Source: an uncultured Acidimicrobiaceae bacterium
GTDB lineage: Bacteria; Actinomycetota; Acidimicrobiia; Spongiisociales; ZC4RG35
Reading direction: 5' to 3'
NCBI GenBank assembly: GCA_964400035.1
Contig: CAYNSP010000001.1
Span: forward strand, 336 to 64,335
Length of the DNA stretch: 64,000 nt
Translations under genes and position numbers: made by a program
Shown here: positions 28,568 to 38,107 of the stretch, piece after piece
Numbering within the stretch: the stretch's first letter is position 1
Layout: the number at the start of each line of letters is the position of its first letter
Notes under the pieces: model-generated
Told to the model about the DNA's origin: nothing
Seen by the model: only the letters and a program-made list of their open reading frames with translations
The model's database searches: none

Positions 28568-29248
28568 ATGTCGAAACTGAGGGTGCTGCTGGTCGATGAC
28601 CATGAGGTGGTCCGAGCCGGGCTTCGGGCGCTCATCGACGCCCAGGATGACATGACCGTCGTCGGCGAGGCGGGGAGTGCCGACGAGGGTGTCCGTCGTG
28701 CCGGATATGACAGCCCCGACGTGGTCGTGCTCGATGTTCGGTTACCAGATCGCAGTGGGATCGAGGCCTGCCGGGACATCAGGGCCAGGTTCCCCGAGGT
28801 CACGGTGCTCATGCTCACCTCGTTCGCCGATGAGGAGGCGTTGATGGCCGCGATCCTGGCCGGCGCTTCTGGTTACGTCCTGAAACGGATCAAGTCGGAT
28901 GAGCTCCTCTCTGACATCCGTCGGGTCGGGGCGGGTGAATCCTTGCTCGACCCGGAGATGACCGAACGCCTGTTCAAGCGGCTTCGCAGCGGTGGCGAGG
29001 ATGACCCACTTCTCTCCAAGCTGACCAAGCAGGAGCGGGTGATCGTCAATCACATCGCAGGAGGTTTGACCAACCGTCAGATCGCCGACGAGATGTTCCT
29101 CGCCGAGAAAACCGTCAAGAACTATGTCTCGACCCTCCTCGCCAAGATGGGGATGAGCCGGCGCAGTGAGGCCGCCGCCTATGTGGCCAGAACCCAGGCG
29201 GCCAAAGACGAGCCGGTGATCGCCGAATCCTGGGACGAGAAGCTCTAG
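28568..29248 (+). CDS. NarL/LuxR-family two-component response regulator.
   Basis: Receiver MSKLRVLLVDDHEVVRAGL...VVVLDVRLPD. LuxR HTH LTKQERVIVNHIAGGLTNRQIADEMFLAEKTVKNYVSTLLAKMG. The leader of track ORF (from 28310) is non-coding-like. Confidence 0.85.
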   Translation: MSKLRVLLVDDHEVVRAGLRALIDAQDDMTVVGEAGSADEGVRRAGYDSPDVVVLDVRLPDRSGIEACRDIRARFPEVTVLMLTSFADEEALMAAILAGASGYVLKRIKSDELLSDIRRVGAGESLLDPEMTERLFKRLRSGGEDDPLLSKLTKQERVIVNHIAGGLTNRQIADEMFLAEKTVKNYVSTLLAKMGMSRRSEAAAYVARTQAAKDEPVIAESWDEKL

Positions 29249-29255
29249 ACCCGGT

Positions 29256-29765
29256 CTAGAGCTCGAGGATGGGCATCTCCTGTGTGTCCTCGATACGGGC
29301 ACCGGGCACCAGCAGAACAGGGAGTCGGGAGTTGACCATGACCCGAGCGGAGACGCTCCGCCAGGCTTCCTCGGTGAACAGGCGGCGGGTGGCGCCGAGC
29401 ATGACGAGTTCGGCCCCTACGGCCTCGGCGGTCTTGATGATTGCGTCGGCGGGGTCGTCTCCTTCGACGAAACGCACCTCCGAGTCGATACCTTCGGCGG
29501 CGAGGGCGGCACAGATCGGATCGACGGCCCGTTGGCCGCGCTCCTCCAGGTAACGGGCCGCCTTCTGCTCGGCTGATGCACCGGTGTCCGGGGAGTCGTC
29601 GAGGAACGAGCGTCTCACCGTGTCGTCGAGGGATTCGAGGAACGACCGGGGCACCCGGACGACGGTCATCACTGTCACCCGGTCGTTGTCCCCGATAAGA
29701 CGTCTGCAGAACTCAGCTACCGGCGCCGCGGGCAGCACACCCGTGGTGGCTATCAGGATTCGCAC
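29256..29765 (-). CDS. Universal stress protein (UspA family).
   Basis: MRILIATTGV...VMLGATRRLFTEEAWRSVSARVMVNSRLPVLLVP is typical Usp topology with an ATP-binding G-x2-G-x9-G(S/T) region. Confidence 0.8.
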   Translation of the reverse strand: MRILIATTGVLPAAPVAEFCRRLIGDNDRVTVMTVVRVPRSFLESLDDTVRRSFLDDSPDTGASAEQKAARYLEERGQRAVDPICAALAAEGIDSEVRFVEGDDPADAIIKTAEAVGAELVMLGATRRLFTEEAWRSVSARVMVNSRLPVLLVPGARIEDTQEMPILEL

Positions 29766-29812
29766 GATGCGACATTAGGGTCGTCGCACAGGTTTCGGGG
29801 TATGGAGAAGGC

Positions 29813-30313
29813 ATGGACAGCGAACTGATCAACCGGGTCACCTGGAAGATCCCGAATGCTCTGGTCCTCGTCGGTTCGGCATCCGGGGAAGAGTGGAACG
29901 GTATGACCACCAGCTGGGTCACCCAACTGAGCATGGATCCTGTCCTCATCGGGATCGGGGTGGACAACACCTCGGTGACCCATCGATTGATCAGCGAGGG
30001 CGGTGCCTTCACGGTCAACCTCTGGGACTCGGAAGACACCAGGATCTTCGTCAAGTTCTCGAAACCGGCGACCCGCCAGGGCATGACCCTCAACGGGCGA
30101 CCGGTGCGAATCGGGCGGACGGGTACTCCTATCTTCGAGGAGGCGATCGCCTGGATGGACTGCGAGGTCCGATCTGAGACCGACTACGGCACCCACACTC
30201 TTTTCGTCGGTGAGATCGTTGATTTGGGGATCGGCGACGATGAGGCGCGGGCTGCGGCGATGTCAGACACCAGGATGAAATACGGGGGAGTGCGCCGGGG
30301 CGGTCATCTGTGA
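29813..30313 (+). CDS. Flavin reductase-like FMN-binding protein (split-barrel).
   Basis: LVLVGSASGEEWNGMTTSWVTQLSMDPVLIGIGVDNTSVTHRLI...HTLFVGEIVDL matches the flavin reductase family. Confidence 0.8.
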   Translation: MDSELINRVTWKIPNALVLVGSASGEEWNGMTTSWVTQLSMDPVLIGIGVDNTSVTHRLISEGGAFTVNLWDSEDTRIFVKFSKPATRQGMTLNGRPVRIGRTGTPIFEEAIAWMDCEVRSETDYGTHTLFVGEIVDLGIGDDEARAAAMSDTRMKYGGVRRGGHL

Positions 30314-30368
30314 CGTCACGCCGATCACCGGCGGGCGACCCACTACCTTTCATCTGACAAGGAGGAGC

Positions 30369-31145
30369 ATGGACGTCAGAGTCGAAGGCAAAGTGGCGAT
30401 CGTTACCGGTGCGAGCCGAGGTATCGGTCTGGCAACAGCACTGGAGCTGCTCAACAGTGGTGCGGAGGGGGTAACCATCACCGCTCGCAAACCGGAGACC
30501 ATCGAAGAGGCCAGAAACGAGCTGATCTCCGCAGGAGCCGACGAGACGAGGATCCTGGCGCTCGCATCGAGAGCTGATTCCGAAGATTCCGCCCACGAGA
30601 CCGCCGCCGCCACGGTCGAACGATTCGGCTCGCTGGACATCCTGGTCAACAACGCCGGTACCAACCCAGCGGCCGGGGACCTGGTCAGTGTCGATATGGG
30701 GGCACTCGACAAGACCTGGGAAGTGAATCTCCGTGCTCCGCTGCTCTGGGTGCGTGCCGCCTATCAGGTCTGGATGGAGAAGAACGGTGGTGCCGTGGTG
30801 AATGTGGCCTCGGTGGCCGGACTCCGGCCCAGCCCCATCATGGGCGCCTACAACATCGCCAAGGCGGGACTCATCCACATGACCCGCCAGCTCGCCCTCG
30901 AACTGGCACCGAAGATCAGGGTCAATGCGGTCGCCCCTGCAGTGGTGCGCACCAGGCTCGCCGGGATGCTGCTCCAGGATGAAGCGATGGCGGCCCGGCT
31001 CCATCCCCTCGGCAGGGTCGGGGAGCCCGAGGACGTCGCCAGGGTCATCACATTCCTTGTATCCGACTCCGCAGAGTGGATGACGGCTGCGATTGTGCCC
31101 ATCGACGGGGGCGTGAGCGGCGCGTCGTCCTCAGGCATCACGTGA
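30369..31145 (+). CDS. SDR-family oxidoreductase.
   Basis: TGASRGIG cofactor motif. NNAG. Catalytic YNIAKAG. 258 aa. Confidence 0.85.
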   Translation: MDVRVEGKVAIVTGASRGIGLATALELLNSGAEGVTITARKPETIEEARNELISAGADETRILALASRADSEDSAHETAAATVERFGSLDILVNNAGTNPAAGDLVSVDMGALDKTWEVNLRAPLLWVRAAYQVWMEKNGGAVVNVASVAGLRPSPIMGAYNIAKAGLIHMTRQLALELAPKIRVNAVAPAVVRTRLAGMLLQDEAMAARLHPLGRVGEPEDVARVITFLVSDSAEWMTAAIVPIDGGVSGASSSGIT

Positions 31146-32284
31146 GACCACACCCGTCCCCTGATCGGGACCTGGCAATCGCCTACCTGGAGGGCAGGAC
31201 CCCGGACGGTCCACTTCTCGAACACGCCTCCAACCTGCGGGATGAGGGATGGGGTAAGACGGTGACCTACAGCCGCAAGGTGTTCATCCCGCTGACCACA
31301 CTCTGTGCCGACCGCTGCTCGTACTGCACCTTCGCCAAACCACCGGGGGCGGGGGGTGTCTACCTCGAACCGGAGGAGGTGCTCGCCATCGCCCGGGCAG
31401 GTGACGCCGCCGGTTGCACCGAAGCCCTCTTCACCCTCGGGGATCGGCCCGAGGTGAGATGGTCCCAGGCTCGAGCATTTCTCGATGAGAAGGGGTTGGG
31501 TTCCACCGTCGAGTATGTCGCCCGGATGTCGGAGTTGGTGAGAGAGGAGACACGGCTTTTCCCTCATGCCAACCCCGGGCTGCTCGACGATCAGGGGTTT
31601 GTCATGCTTCGCCCCTCAAACGTGTCCATGGGGATGATGCTGGAGAACATCTCGCCCCGGCTCACCGGGCCGGGTATGCCCCACCAGGGCACCCTGACCA
31701 AACGACCGGAGTTGAGGGTGGCCACCATCGAGGCGGCGGGACGTCAGAAGGTTCCCTTCACCACCGGGATCCTGGTCGGTATCGGGGAGACCGCCGGGGA
31801 GATCGTCGACTCACTTTTCGCCCTGCGTGACCTGGCCGATCGGACCGGTGCCATCCAGGAGGTGATCGTCCAGAACTTCCGGGCCAAGACCAACACCCGG
31901 ATGCGTCGTCATGCTGAGCCGGTCCCGACGTGGTTCGCCCGGGTGGTGGCACTCGCCCGCTGGATCATGGGTGCGGAGGCAAGCATTCAGGTCCCACCCA
32001 ACCTGACGGAAGGCTACGAGATCTATCTGTCGGCGGGGATCAATGACTGGGGCGGGGTCTCACCGGTGACCATCGACCATGTCAATCCGGAGGCGCCCTG
32101 GCCACATCTCGGAATTCTCGAGGAGCGCACCGCGTTGGCCGGATTCGAGTTGAGACCGAGACTGCCGGTGTATCCCCGCTACATCAACGAGGAGTGGATC
32201 GCCCCGGAGCTGCTGGCTGATGTCCGTGCCGCTGCCGATGCTGACGGGCTTGCCTCGATACATGCCACCATGGGGGCGTCATGA
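31142..32284 (+). CDS. cofG: 7,8-didemethyl-8-hydroxy-5-deazariboflavin (FO) synthase subunit CofG (radical SAM).
   Basis: Radical-SAM CxxxCxxC in CofG context: KVFIPLTTLCADRCSYCTFAK. The GTG start overlaps the SDR stop (GTGA). Its stop overlaps the cofH ATG (ATGA). The track ORF from 31076 overlaps the SDR in another frame. Confidence 0.8.
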   Translation: MRPHPSPDRDLAIAYLEGRTPDGPLLEHASNLRDEGWGKTVTYSRKVFIPLTTLCADRCSYCTFAKPPGAGGVYLEPEEVLAIARAGDAAGCTEALFTLGDRPEVRWSQARAFLDEKGLGSTVEYVARMSELVREETRLFPHANPGLLDDQGFVMLRPSNVSMGMMLENISPRLTGPGMPHQGTLTKRPELRVATIEAAGRQKVPFTTGILVGIGETAGEIVDSLFALRDLADRTGAIQEVIVQNFRAKTNTRMRRHAEPVPTWFARVVALARWIMGAEASIQVPPNLTEGYEIYLSAGINDWGGVSPVTIDHVNPEAPWPHLGILEERTALAGFELRPRLPVYPRYINEEWIAPELLADVRAAADADGLASIHATMGAS

Positions 32285-34140
32285 GAGTCACCTTCCTCCG
32301 TTCCCGACCCGCCGACTCGCTGGCTGAGGTCACTGCTACCAGCCGTCGTCGGGAGGGAACCACCGCCATCGAGTTGGGGAACCCGTCCGAATCCGATGTG
32401 GCAGCGGCCGCCGCCGGTGGAGTCCTGGTCACCTCGGGCACACCAACCGAGGTTCCGGTGGCGGGATGGGTGGTTGACCCCGCCGAGGCGCACAGGCTGA
32501 CCAAGAAGGGGGTCGCCTCCTGGCGCATCACCGTCCGGGATGAGGGGCCGATGGAGCATGTGCTCGATGCGGTCGCCCGCAGCGGTGCGCCGTATCTAAG
32601 GACCAAGCGTTCCGACATCGGCCGTGCCAGGCGGATCGCCGACCTCCCCGGCTTGCAGGTGTCCATTTCGGTGTTTGTCGATGACGTCCCGCAGGCCGTT
32701 GCCGCGATCGCCGAAGGTGCCAGGGATCTGGTGCTCCGGGATTGGAGCGTCGAAAGAATCGGGGAGCTGCGTGACAGTCTGCCCGACGTCCAACTCGTCG
32801 AACGGTCCGCCTTTCCACCTGGAGTCGACATCGGTGACGCCAGGGAGCAGCTGCCCGCCGATGTCTTCACCACCTGGCTGCATCTCACCGATGGGTCAGG
32901 CGTGGTCCGCCCCCGGTACGAGTGGGCACCGGGAAAGGATCTCGACCCGCCACTTCCGGAACAACGGATCTCGGCCGAGTGGACCGACGCAGGATGGTTG
33001 ACGGGCCGGCCACCCGCAGGGCTCGACGGTGCTGGCGACCTCCGTGCGATCCTGGAACGGGCATTGGAAGGCCAGGCACCTTCCCGTGACGAACTGGTCG
33101 AACTGTTCCGGGCGAGGGGCGACCAGGTCGACGCTATCGCCCATGTCGCCGACCAACTCCGACAGCAGGTCGCCGGGGATACCGTCACCTATGTCGTCAA
33201 CCGGAACATCAATTACACCAACCTCTGCTACTTCAAATGCGGGTTCTGTGCCTTCTCCAAAGGTCCGAAGTCGCTGAATCTGCGGGGCGAGCCGTATCTG
33301 ATGGGTCTCGACGAAATCGTGGGCTATGCCCGCGAGGCCTGGCAGCGTGGTGCCACCGAGGTCACCCTGCAGGGGGGTATCCATCCCGATTTCACCGGGA
33401 ACTTCTATCGCGAGGTGGTCGAGGCGATCAAGGCCGAACTCCCGGCCATGCACATCCACGGTTTCACCCCGCTGGAGGTATGGCAGGGCGCCGAGACCCT
33501 GGGCATCACGGTTAGGGCGTTCCTCACCGAGCTGCGGGATGCAGGGCTCGGGTCACTCCCGGGGACGGCGGCGGAGATCCTCGATGACCGGGTGCGTCTG
33601 CACCTGTGCCCTGACAAGATCCGAACCTCGCAATGGGCGGAGGTGATGATCACCGCCCACGAGCTGGGACTCCGGGCGACCGCCACCATCATGTTCGGGC
33701 ATATCGACGGACCTGATTCCTGGGCCAATCACATGGAGGTGATCCGTCAGATCCAGAAGAGAACCGGTGGTTTTACCGAGATGGTCCCACTTCCTTTCGT
33801 CCACATGGGGTCGCCGATCTACTTGAGGGGACGTTCGCGTTCTGGCCCGACATGGGACGAGGTCGTGCTCATCCACGCGGTCTCCCGGATCGCCTTCCAC
33901 GGTCTGATCGACAACATCCAGGCGTCGTGGGTGAAGCTGGGACTCGACGGCGGTAGGCGTCTTCTCGACGCAGGTTGCAACGATCTTGGAGGGACCCTGA
34001 TGGGTGAGATCATCACCCGGTCGGCGGGGGCCTCACACGGTCAGGAAGTGACCCCGGCAGAGTTCCGGGAGACGATCCTGGCCGCAGGCAGGACACCGGC
34101 TCTGAGGAATACCGTGTACGAGATCCTCTCCGAGGTCTGA
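32281..34140 (+). CDS. cofH: FO synthase subunit CofH (radical SAM) with an approximately 240-aa N-terminal extension of unknown function.
   Basis: CofH-type motif NINYTNLCYFKCGFCAFSKG starts near residue 300. The C-terminal two-thirds aligns with the CofH pattern (HIHGFTPLEV, IMFGHIDGPDSWANHMEV). The N-terminal 1-250 has no recognisable motif. Confidence 0.8.
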   Translation: MRVTFLRSRPADSLAEVTATSRRREGTTAIELGNPSESDVAAAAAGGVLVTSGTPTEVPVAGWVVDPAEAHRLTKKGVASWRITVRDEGPMEHVLDAVARSGAPYLRTKRSDIGRARRIADLPGLQVSISVFVDDVPQAVAAIAEGARDLVLRDWSVERIGELRDSLPDVQLVERSAFPPGVDIGDAREQLPADVFTTWLHLTDGSGVVRPRYEWAPGKDLDPPLPEQRISAEWTDAGWLTGRPPAGLDGAGDLRAILERALEGQAPSRDELVELFRARGDQVDAIAHVADQLRQQVAGDTVTYVVNRNINYTNLCYFKCGFCAFSKGPKSLNLRGEPYLMGLDEIVGYAREAWQRGATEVTLQGGIHPDFTGNFYREVVEAIKAELPAMHIHGFTPLEVWQGAETLGITVRAFLTELRDAGLGSLPGTAAEILDDRVRLHLCPDKIRTSQWAEVMITAHELGLRATATIMFGHIDGPDSWANHMEVIRQIQKRTGGFTEMVPLPFVHMGSPIYLRGRSRSGPTWDEVVLIHAVSRIAFHGLIDNIQASWVKLGLDGGRRLLDAGCNDLGGTLMGEIITRSAGASHGQEVTPAEFRETILAAGRTPALRNTVYEILSEV

Positions 34141-34141
34141 A

Positions 34142-35227
34142 TCAGTCGATTTCAGCGTGTCGTCTTCGTCGATCGGTGATGACGGCTACTGCGGCAACCA
34201 CCAGGGCAACCAGGCTCAGGGCCACGAACATGGTCACCCGTACCCCGGAGGGGGCGCCACCTTCCTGACTGTCGACGATCAGATACGCCACGTAGACGGC
34301 ATAAGCCAGCAGGAGCATCGTCCCCTCCCACCGCTCCACACGCAGACCGCTGGCCAGCACCGGCAGGGCGATCAGGCTGACCAGGACGGCAACCGGGAAG
34401 TCGGTTTGGATGACCGCATCCGGGATGGGTATCACCCCGCCCACCACGGAAGCCGTGCCAAACACACCGAGGAGGTTGAACAGATTCGAGCCGACCACAT
34501 TTCCGACGGCAAGATCACTTTGATTCCGGCGAACCGCTATCACCGCGGTGACGAGTTCGGGGAGCGACGTCCCAACCGCGACGATGGTGAGACCGATGAG
34601 GAGATCGTCGACCCCCAGGGCGGCCGCAAGCCGGGTCGCCCCGTTGACGGTGAGATCGGCACCCCAGATCAGACCTCCGAGAGTGAGCAAGACGGCGACC
34701 AGGTCCACCGGCAGCTGTTTCCTGGCCTCTTCTCGTTGGACGGTCCTGACCTCTTCGGGGATGAGCGACGCGCTCTCCTCGCGGCGGCCGAGGAAGTAGG
34801 CCAGTGTCGTGTACCCGACCAGCATGAACAGCAGGACGACCCCTTGGGCCCTGCTGATCTGGCCATTCGATGCCATCACCCAGGCAGCCGCAGTGACACC
34901 GATGAGGAGGGGCACTTCCAACCGGACCAGGCGGAAATGGACCCTGAGGGCTCCGAAGAAGGCGGCCACCCCGAGGATGACCAGGACATTGGAGACACCG
35001 GAGCCGACCACATTCCCCACTGCCACATCGACTCCATCCCCGGTGACAGCGGCGCTGACACTCATGAACAGCTCCGGTGCGCTGGTCCCGAAGGCGACCA
35101 CGGTCAGGCCAATGACCACCGGTGGCAACCCGGCGGCAGTAGCGATCCGGACCGCCGCCCGGACCAGAACTTCTGCGGCCACCACGAGGATGAGCATTCC
35201 CGCAACGATCATGAATGCTGCCGTCAC
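34142..35227 (-). CDS. Ca2+/cation antiporter, CaCA (YrbG/NCX-like) family.
   Basis: Two alpha-repeat motifs GTSAPELFMSVSAAVTGDGVDVAVGNVVGS and GTSLPELVTAVIAVRRNQSDLAVGNVVGSNLFNLL. 361 aa polytopic. Confidence 0.8.
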   Translation of the reverse strand: MTAAFMIVAGMLILVVAAEVLVRAAVRIATAAGLPPVVIGLTVVAFGTSAPELFMSVSAAVTGDGVDVAVGNVVGSGVSNVLVILGVAAFFGALRVHFRLVRLEVPLLIGVTAAAWVMASNGQISRAQGVVLLFMLVGYTTLAYFLGRREESASLIPEEVRTVQREEARKQLPVDLVAVLLTLGGLIWGADLTVNGATRLAAALGVDDLLIGLTIVAVGTSLPELVTAVIAVRRNQSDLAVGNVVGSNLFNLLGVFGTASVVGGVIPIPDAVIQTDFPVAVLVSLIALPVLASGLRVERWEGTMLLLAYAVYVAYLIVDSQEGGAPSGVRVTMFVALSLVALVVAAVAVITDRRRRHAEID

Positions 35228-35279
35228 GGGCGGGCAGGGTAGGTGCCGAGGCGGCGAGGTGCCCGCTTATCCTGGGCCG

Positions 35280-35837
35280 ATGAAGGTCGAACGTTGGTCC
35301 CCGTTCAAGGTGTGGCTGTTCTCCCTCGGTTCACGCAAACCGGCACGGAGTCTGGCCGCGGTGGGATGGTTCGATCCGGGCCCCGACGATTCGCTCCTTG
35401 ACATCGGGTGCGGCCTGGGCACGGCACTGCAACACGCTGCGGAGACCGGCGCCAGGGTCGCCGGGGTCGAACCCAGTCCCACCATGGTGACCAAGTCGCG
35501 GATGCGGGTACCCACCGCTGAGGTCAAAGAGGGATCGGCAGAAGCGATCCCGTTCGATGATGCTTCCTTCAGCGGGGCAATGGCGGTGGCGACCTTCCAC
35601 CATTGGGCTGACCGATCGGCCGGTCTGACCGAGGTGCTGCGGGTGCTCCAGCCTGGAGGACGCTTTCTGGTCATGGAGCGGCAGTTGAAACGGCCCAAAG
35701 GTCACGGACTGCATCCCGATGAGGCGCAGAGCCTTGCCGCGGAACTGGAACGACATGGGTTCGTCGACACCAGGGTGGAGCCAAAGAAGGTCGAAACCGG
35801 GTGGTTCCTGATGATCTCGGCGAGGAAACCCGACTAG
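35280..35837 (+). CDS. Class I SAM-dependent methyltransferase (Methyltransf_11-like).
   Basis: Motif I LLDIGCGLGTAL. Post-I acidic residue. Motif II/III region (LQPGGRFLV). Start taken at MKVERW. The upstream part of track ORF (from 34809) is antisense to the antiporter gene. Confidence 0.75.
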   Translation: MKVERWSPFKVWLFSLGSRKPARSLAAVGWFDPGPDDSLLDIGCGLGTALQHAAETGARVAGVEPSPTMVTKSRMRVPTAEVKEGSAEAIPFDDASFSGAMAVATFHHWADRSAGLTEVLRVLQPGGRFLVMERQLKRPKGHGLHPDEAQSLAAELERHGFVDTRVEPKKVETGWFLMISARKPD

Positions 35838-35838
35838 T

Positions 35839-36417
35839 TCAGGCGATCAGTTCGACAGCCGGGAGCTTGTCGACTTCGGCGAGATGTATGAACGTCTCGA
35901 CCACCTGCGGGTCGAACTGTGAACCCGAGTTGCGGACGATCTCGCCTATTGCGTACTCGGTGGGGAGGGCCGGCTGATAGGCGCGCACCGAGGTCATTGC
36001 GTCGTAGGCGTCAGCGACCAGGACGATCCGGCTCAGGATCGGAATCGCCTCACCGGCCAGACCGAACGGGTATCCCTGACCATCCCAGCGCTCATGGTGA
36101 TAGAGGATGGCTTCGGCGACTTTCGGATCCATCCGGTTCCGGGTCATGGCAAACCCGAGCTCAGGATGGCGTCTCATCAGTTCCCGTTCATCATCGGTGA
36201 GGGGACCGGGTTTCCCGAGAATGGCCGGGTCCATATGGATCTTGCCGACATCGTGGAGCACACCGGCGAGAGCGAGACGCTCGAGGTCGTCGCTGCCCAG
36301 ACCGAGGAGGGTTCCCATGTTCACCGAGAGATCGGACACTCGATGGACGTGGCCGTGGAGGTCCTCGATAACGTCCTCCATGACTTCTATAAGGATGTCT
36401 TTGGGGAGTTCCCGCAT
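35839..36417 (-). CDS. Stand-alone HD-GYP domain phosphohydrolase (putative c-di-GMP phosphodiesterase).
   Basis: HD motif LHDVGK. HD-GYP signature YHHERWDGQGYP. 192 aa with no sensor domain. Confidence 0.75.
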   Translation of the reverse strand: MRELPKDILIEVMEDVIEDLHGHVHRVSDLSVNMGTLLGLGSDDLERLALAGVLHDVGKIHMDPAILGKPGPLTDDERELMRRHPELGFAMTRNRMDPKVAEAILYHHERWDGQGYPFGLAGEAIPILSRIVLVADAYDAMTSVRAYQPALPTEYAIGEIVRNSGSQFDPQVVETFIHLAEVDKLPAVELIA

Positions 36418-36527
36418 GATTAGCCACCTAGCCGGTATGACAGGGAAATTGTCGGTGGCCGGGGAGATGGTGGGTATGGGTCAAAAGTACCAATGGCTCC
36501 AGGGTCCCCCGACCTGGTTCTCAGTAC

Positions 36528-37319
36528 CTAGATGAGACCCCCTGAGCGGGCGGCCTCGGCGAATCGTGCGGCACGACCCGGATCCACCCGGTTCGTGGCA
36601 TGGCCATCGACCTTGAGCGACGAGCCCACGATCACGGTGTCGGCGACGGTCACCAGATCCGGGAGGTTCTCCGGAGACGCACCCGAACCGATCACCAGCC
36701 GGGTGTCTTCACCGACCGCGGAGCGGACTTTCGACGCTGCATGAAGGTCGGGCGCCGAACCTGTCCCGGAGCCTGACACGATGATCGCATCGGCCATACC
36801 CCGGAACCGGGTGTCGGCAGCCATCTGTCCGATATTTGCACCCGGAGGTGGGGTGGCATGTTTCACCATGACGTCGGCCCAGAGTTCCACGTCGGGACAG
36901 AGGGTCTGGCGTGTCCGGACCACCGATGCGCTCCGACCCACGATCGGTCCCTGGTCGGTGTACATGGTCCCGGTGAGGACGTTGACCCGAATCATCCGTG
37001 CTCCGGTCACCGCAGCAATTCCCAGGGCTGCGAGGGCGTCATTGCGCAGGACATTGACTCCGACCACGACATCGGTCTCGGCTGCGATCGCCACAACCGC
37101 TCTGGTGAACCCTGCGATGGTTTCCGGCGGAACACGATCGGCGAAGAACGGAGCATCCCCGAAGTTCTCGACCATCAGAGCCGGGAATCCGGCGTCGACC
37201 AACGCCGCTGCGTCGGAGACCGCAGCTTTGACCACCTTTGTCATCGATCCCTCGAAACGCGGCGCCCCGGGGAGCGGGCCGAGATGGATCATCCCCACCA
37301 GACGGGGGATGGGTGTCAC
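36528..37319 (-). CDS. BtpA/SgcQ-family TIM-barrel protein.
   Basis: MIHLGPLPGAPRF N-terminal signature, followed by LMVENFGDAPF. The GTG start abuts the stop of the upstream gene. Confidence 0.7.
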   Translation of the reverse strand: MTPIPRLVGMIHLGPLPGAPRFEGSMTKVVKAAVSDAAALVDAGFPALMVENFGDAPFFADRVPPETIAGFTRAVVAIAAETDVVVGVNVLRNDALAALGIAAVTGARMIRVNVLTGTMYTDQGPIVGRSASVVRTRQTLCPDVELWADVMVKHATPPPGANIGQMAADTRFRGMADAIIVSGSGTGSAPDLHAASKVRSAVGEDTRLVIGSGASPENLPDLVTVADTVIVGSSLKVDGHATNRVDPGRAARFAEAARSGGLI

Positions 37320-38047
37320 AGGTAGGCCTTGGCGACCTTGATTGCGGTCTCGGCGTACTCGCCGTTGACCTGGAGACGGACCTGTGACGGCTTGACCCGA
37401 TGAACCACGAGTCGGGCCCACTCGGAGGCAGAGCCCTTGATCAACTGATCGGTGTCCTCCGGGCCGTACACCCATTTGGCATACCCGGGTCCGATCACCT
37501 CGACACGAACCGGTTCATAGTGCTCACCGGCCTGCTTGAAGGCATGGGGCAGGGTCTTCCACCCCAGCCAGCAGATGTGTCTGATGCGCTGGGTGTCCTC
37601 GACTTCGATGCCGAGGGTGGAGTAGATGTCGAGACCGTGCATCCAGGTCTCCATGAGTCGGAATGTGGCGAAGGTGCGGGCACTCATGTCACCGGCGATC
37701 CACGGGACCCGATCCTCGCCGTTCATGTGTGAAAGGGGTTCGACCACTTTTGCCCGTCCGCCACGCCACCATTCGATGACGTCCTGGGGACGCATGGCAC
37801 GTCCCTTCTTGATGGCGATCTTCTTCATCGCTTCGAGATCGGAGGCCTGCTGCCACTCACGGACCCTCTCGCCACCATTGATGGCGCTGGCGCCGAGTTC
37901 CTCGAAATCGGCCAGATGGGCGATGGTGTCACGCACCGTCCATGGCTTGTTCGGAGTAGGTAGATCCCAGACCTTGATCGGGATTCGCTGAAGCGATTGA
38001 TCAAGGAACTGCTGCTCGGCTACGAGGTCGGAGAGGATGTCTCGCAC
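37316..38047 (-). CDS. Mycothiol-dependent maleylpyruvate isomerase-like (DinB_2 / MDMPI N-terminal domain) protein.
   Basis: WTVRDTIAHLADFEE is the hallmark metal-binding His context of the TIGR03083/DinB_2 family. 243 aa. Confidence 0.65.
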   Translation of the reverse strand: MRDILSDLVAEQQFLDQSLQRIPIKVWDLPTPNKPWTVRDTIAHLADFEELGASAINGGERVREWQQASDLEAMKKIAIKKGRAMRPQDVIEWWRGGRAKVVEPLSHMNGEDRVPWIAGDMSARTFATFRLMETWMHGLDIYSTLGIEVEDTQRIRHICWLGWKTLPHAFKQAGEHYEPVRVEVIGPGYAKWVYGPEDTDQLIKGSASEWARLVVHRVKPSQVRLQVNGEYAETAIKVAKAYL

Positions 38048-38107
38048 ACGCAGATTGTAATAGGTATTCGAGGTCTACTCCCAAGGCGGGAGTCCGAACA
38101 ATCCCTC

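Noticed and set aside
29766-29812. Possible DosR/DevR box upstream of the usp gene (TTAGGGTC ... TTTCGGGG).
   Set aside because: It matches only one half-site of the TTSGGGACTWWAGTCCCSAA consensus. The other arm does not form the required palindrome.
30129-31004. 291-aa minus-strand ORF antisense to the flavin reductase and SDR genes.
   Set aside because: SDR (TGASRGIG, YNIAK) and flavin reductase motifs support the plus strand. The antisense translation is Arg/Gly/Pro-rich.
32184-33459. Minus-strand ORFs (334 aa and 187 aa) antisense to cofH.
   Set aside because: The radical-SAM CofH frame on the plus strand is definitive.
34157-35242. 361-aa plus-strand ORF antisense to the CaCA antiporter.
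   Set aside because: His/Asp/Gly/Arg-rich product. The antiporter alpha-repeat motifs validate the minus strand.
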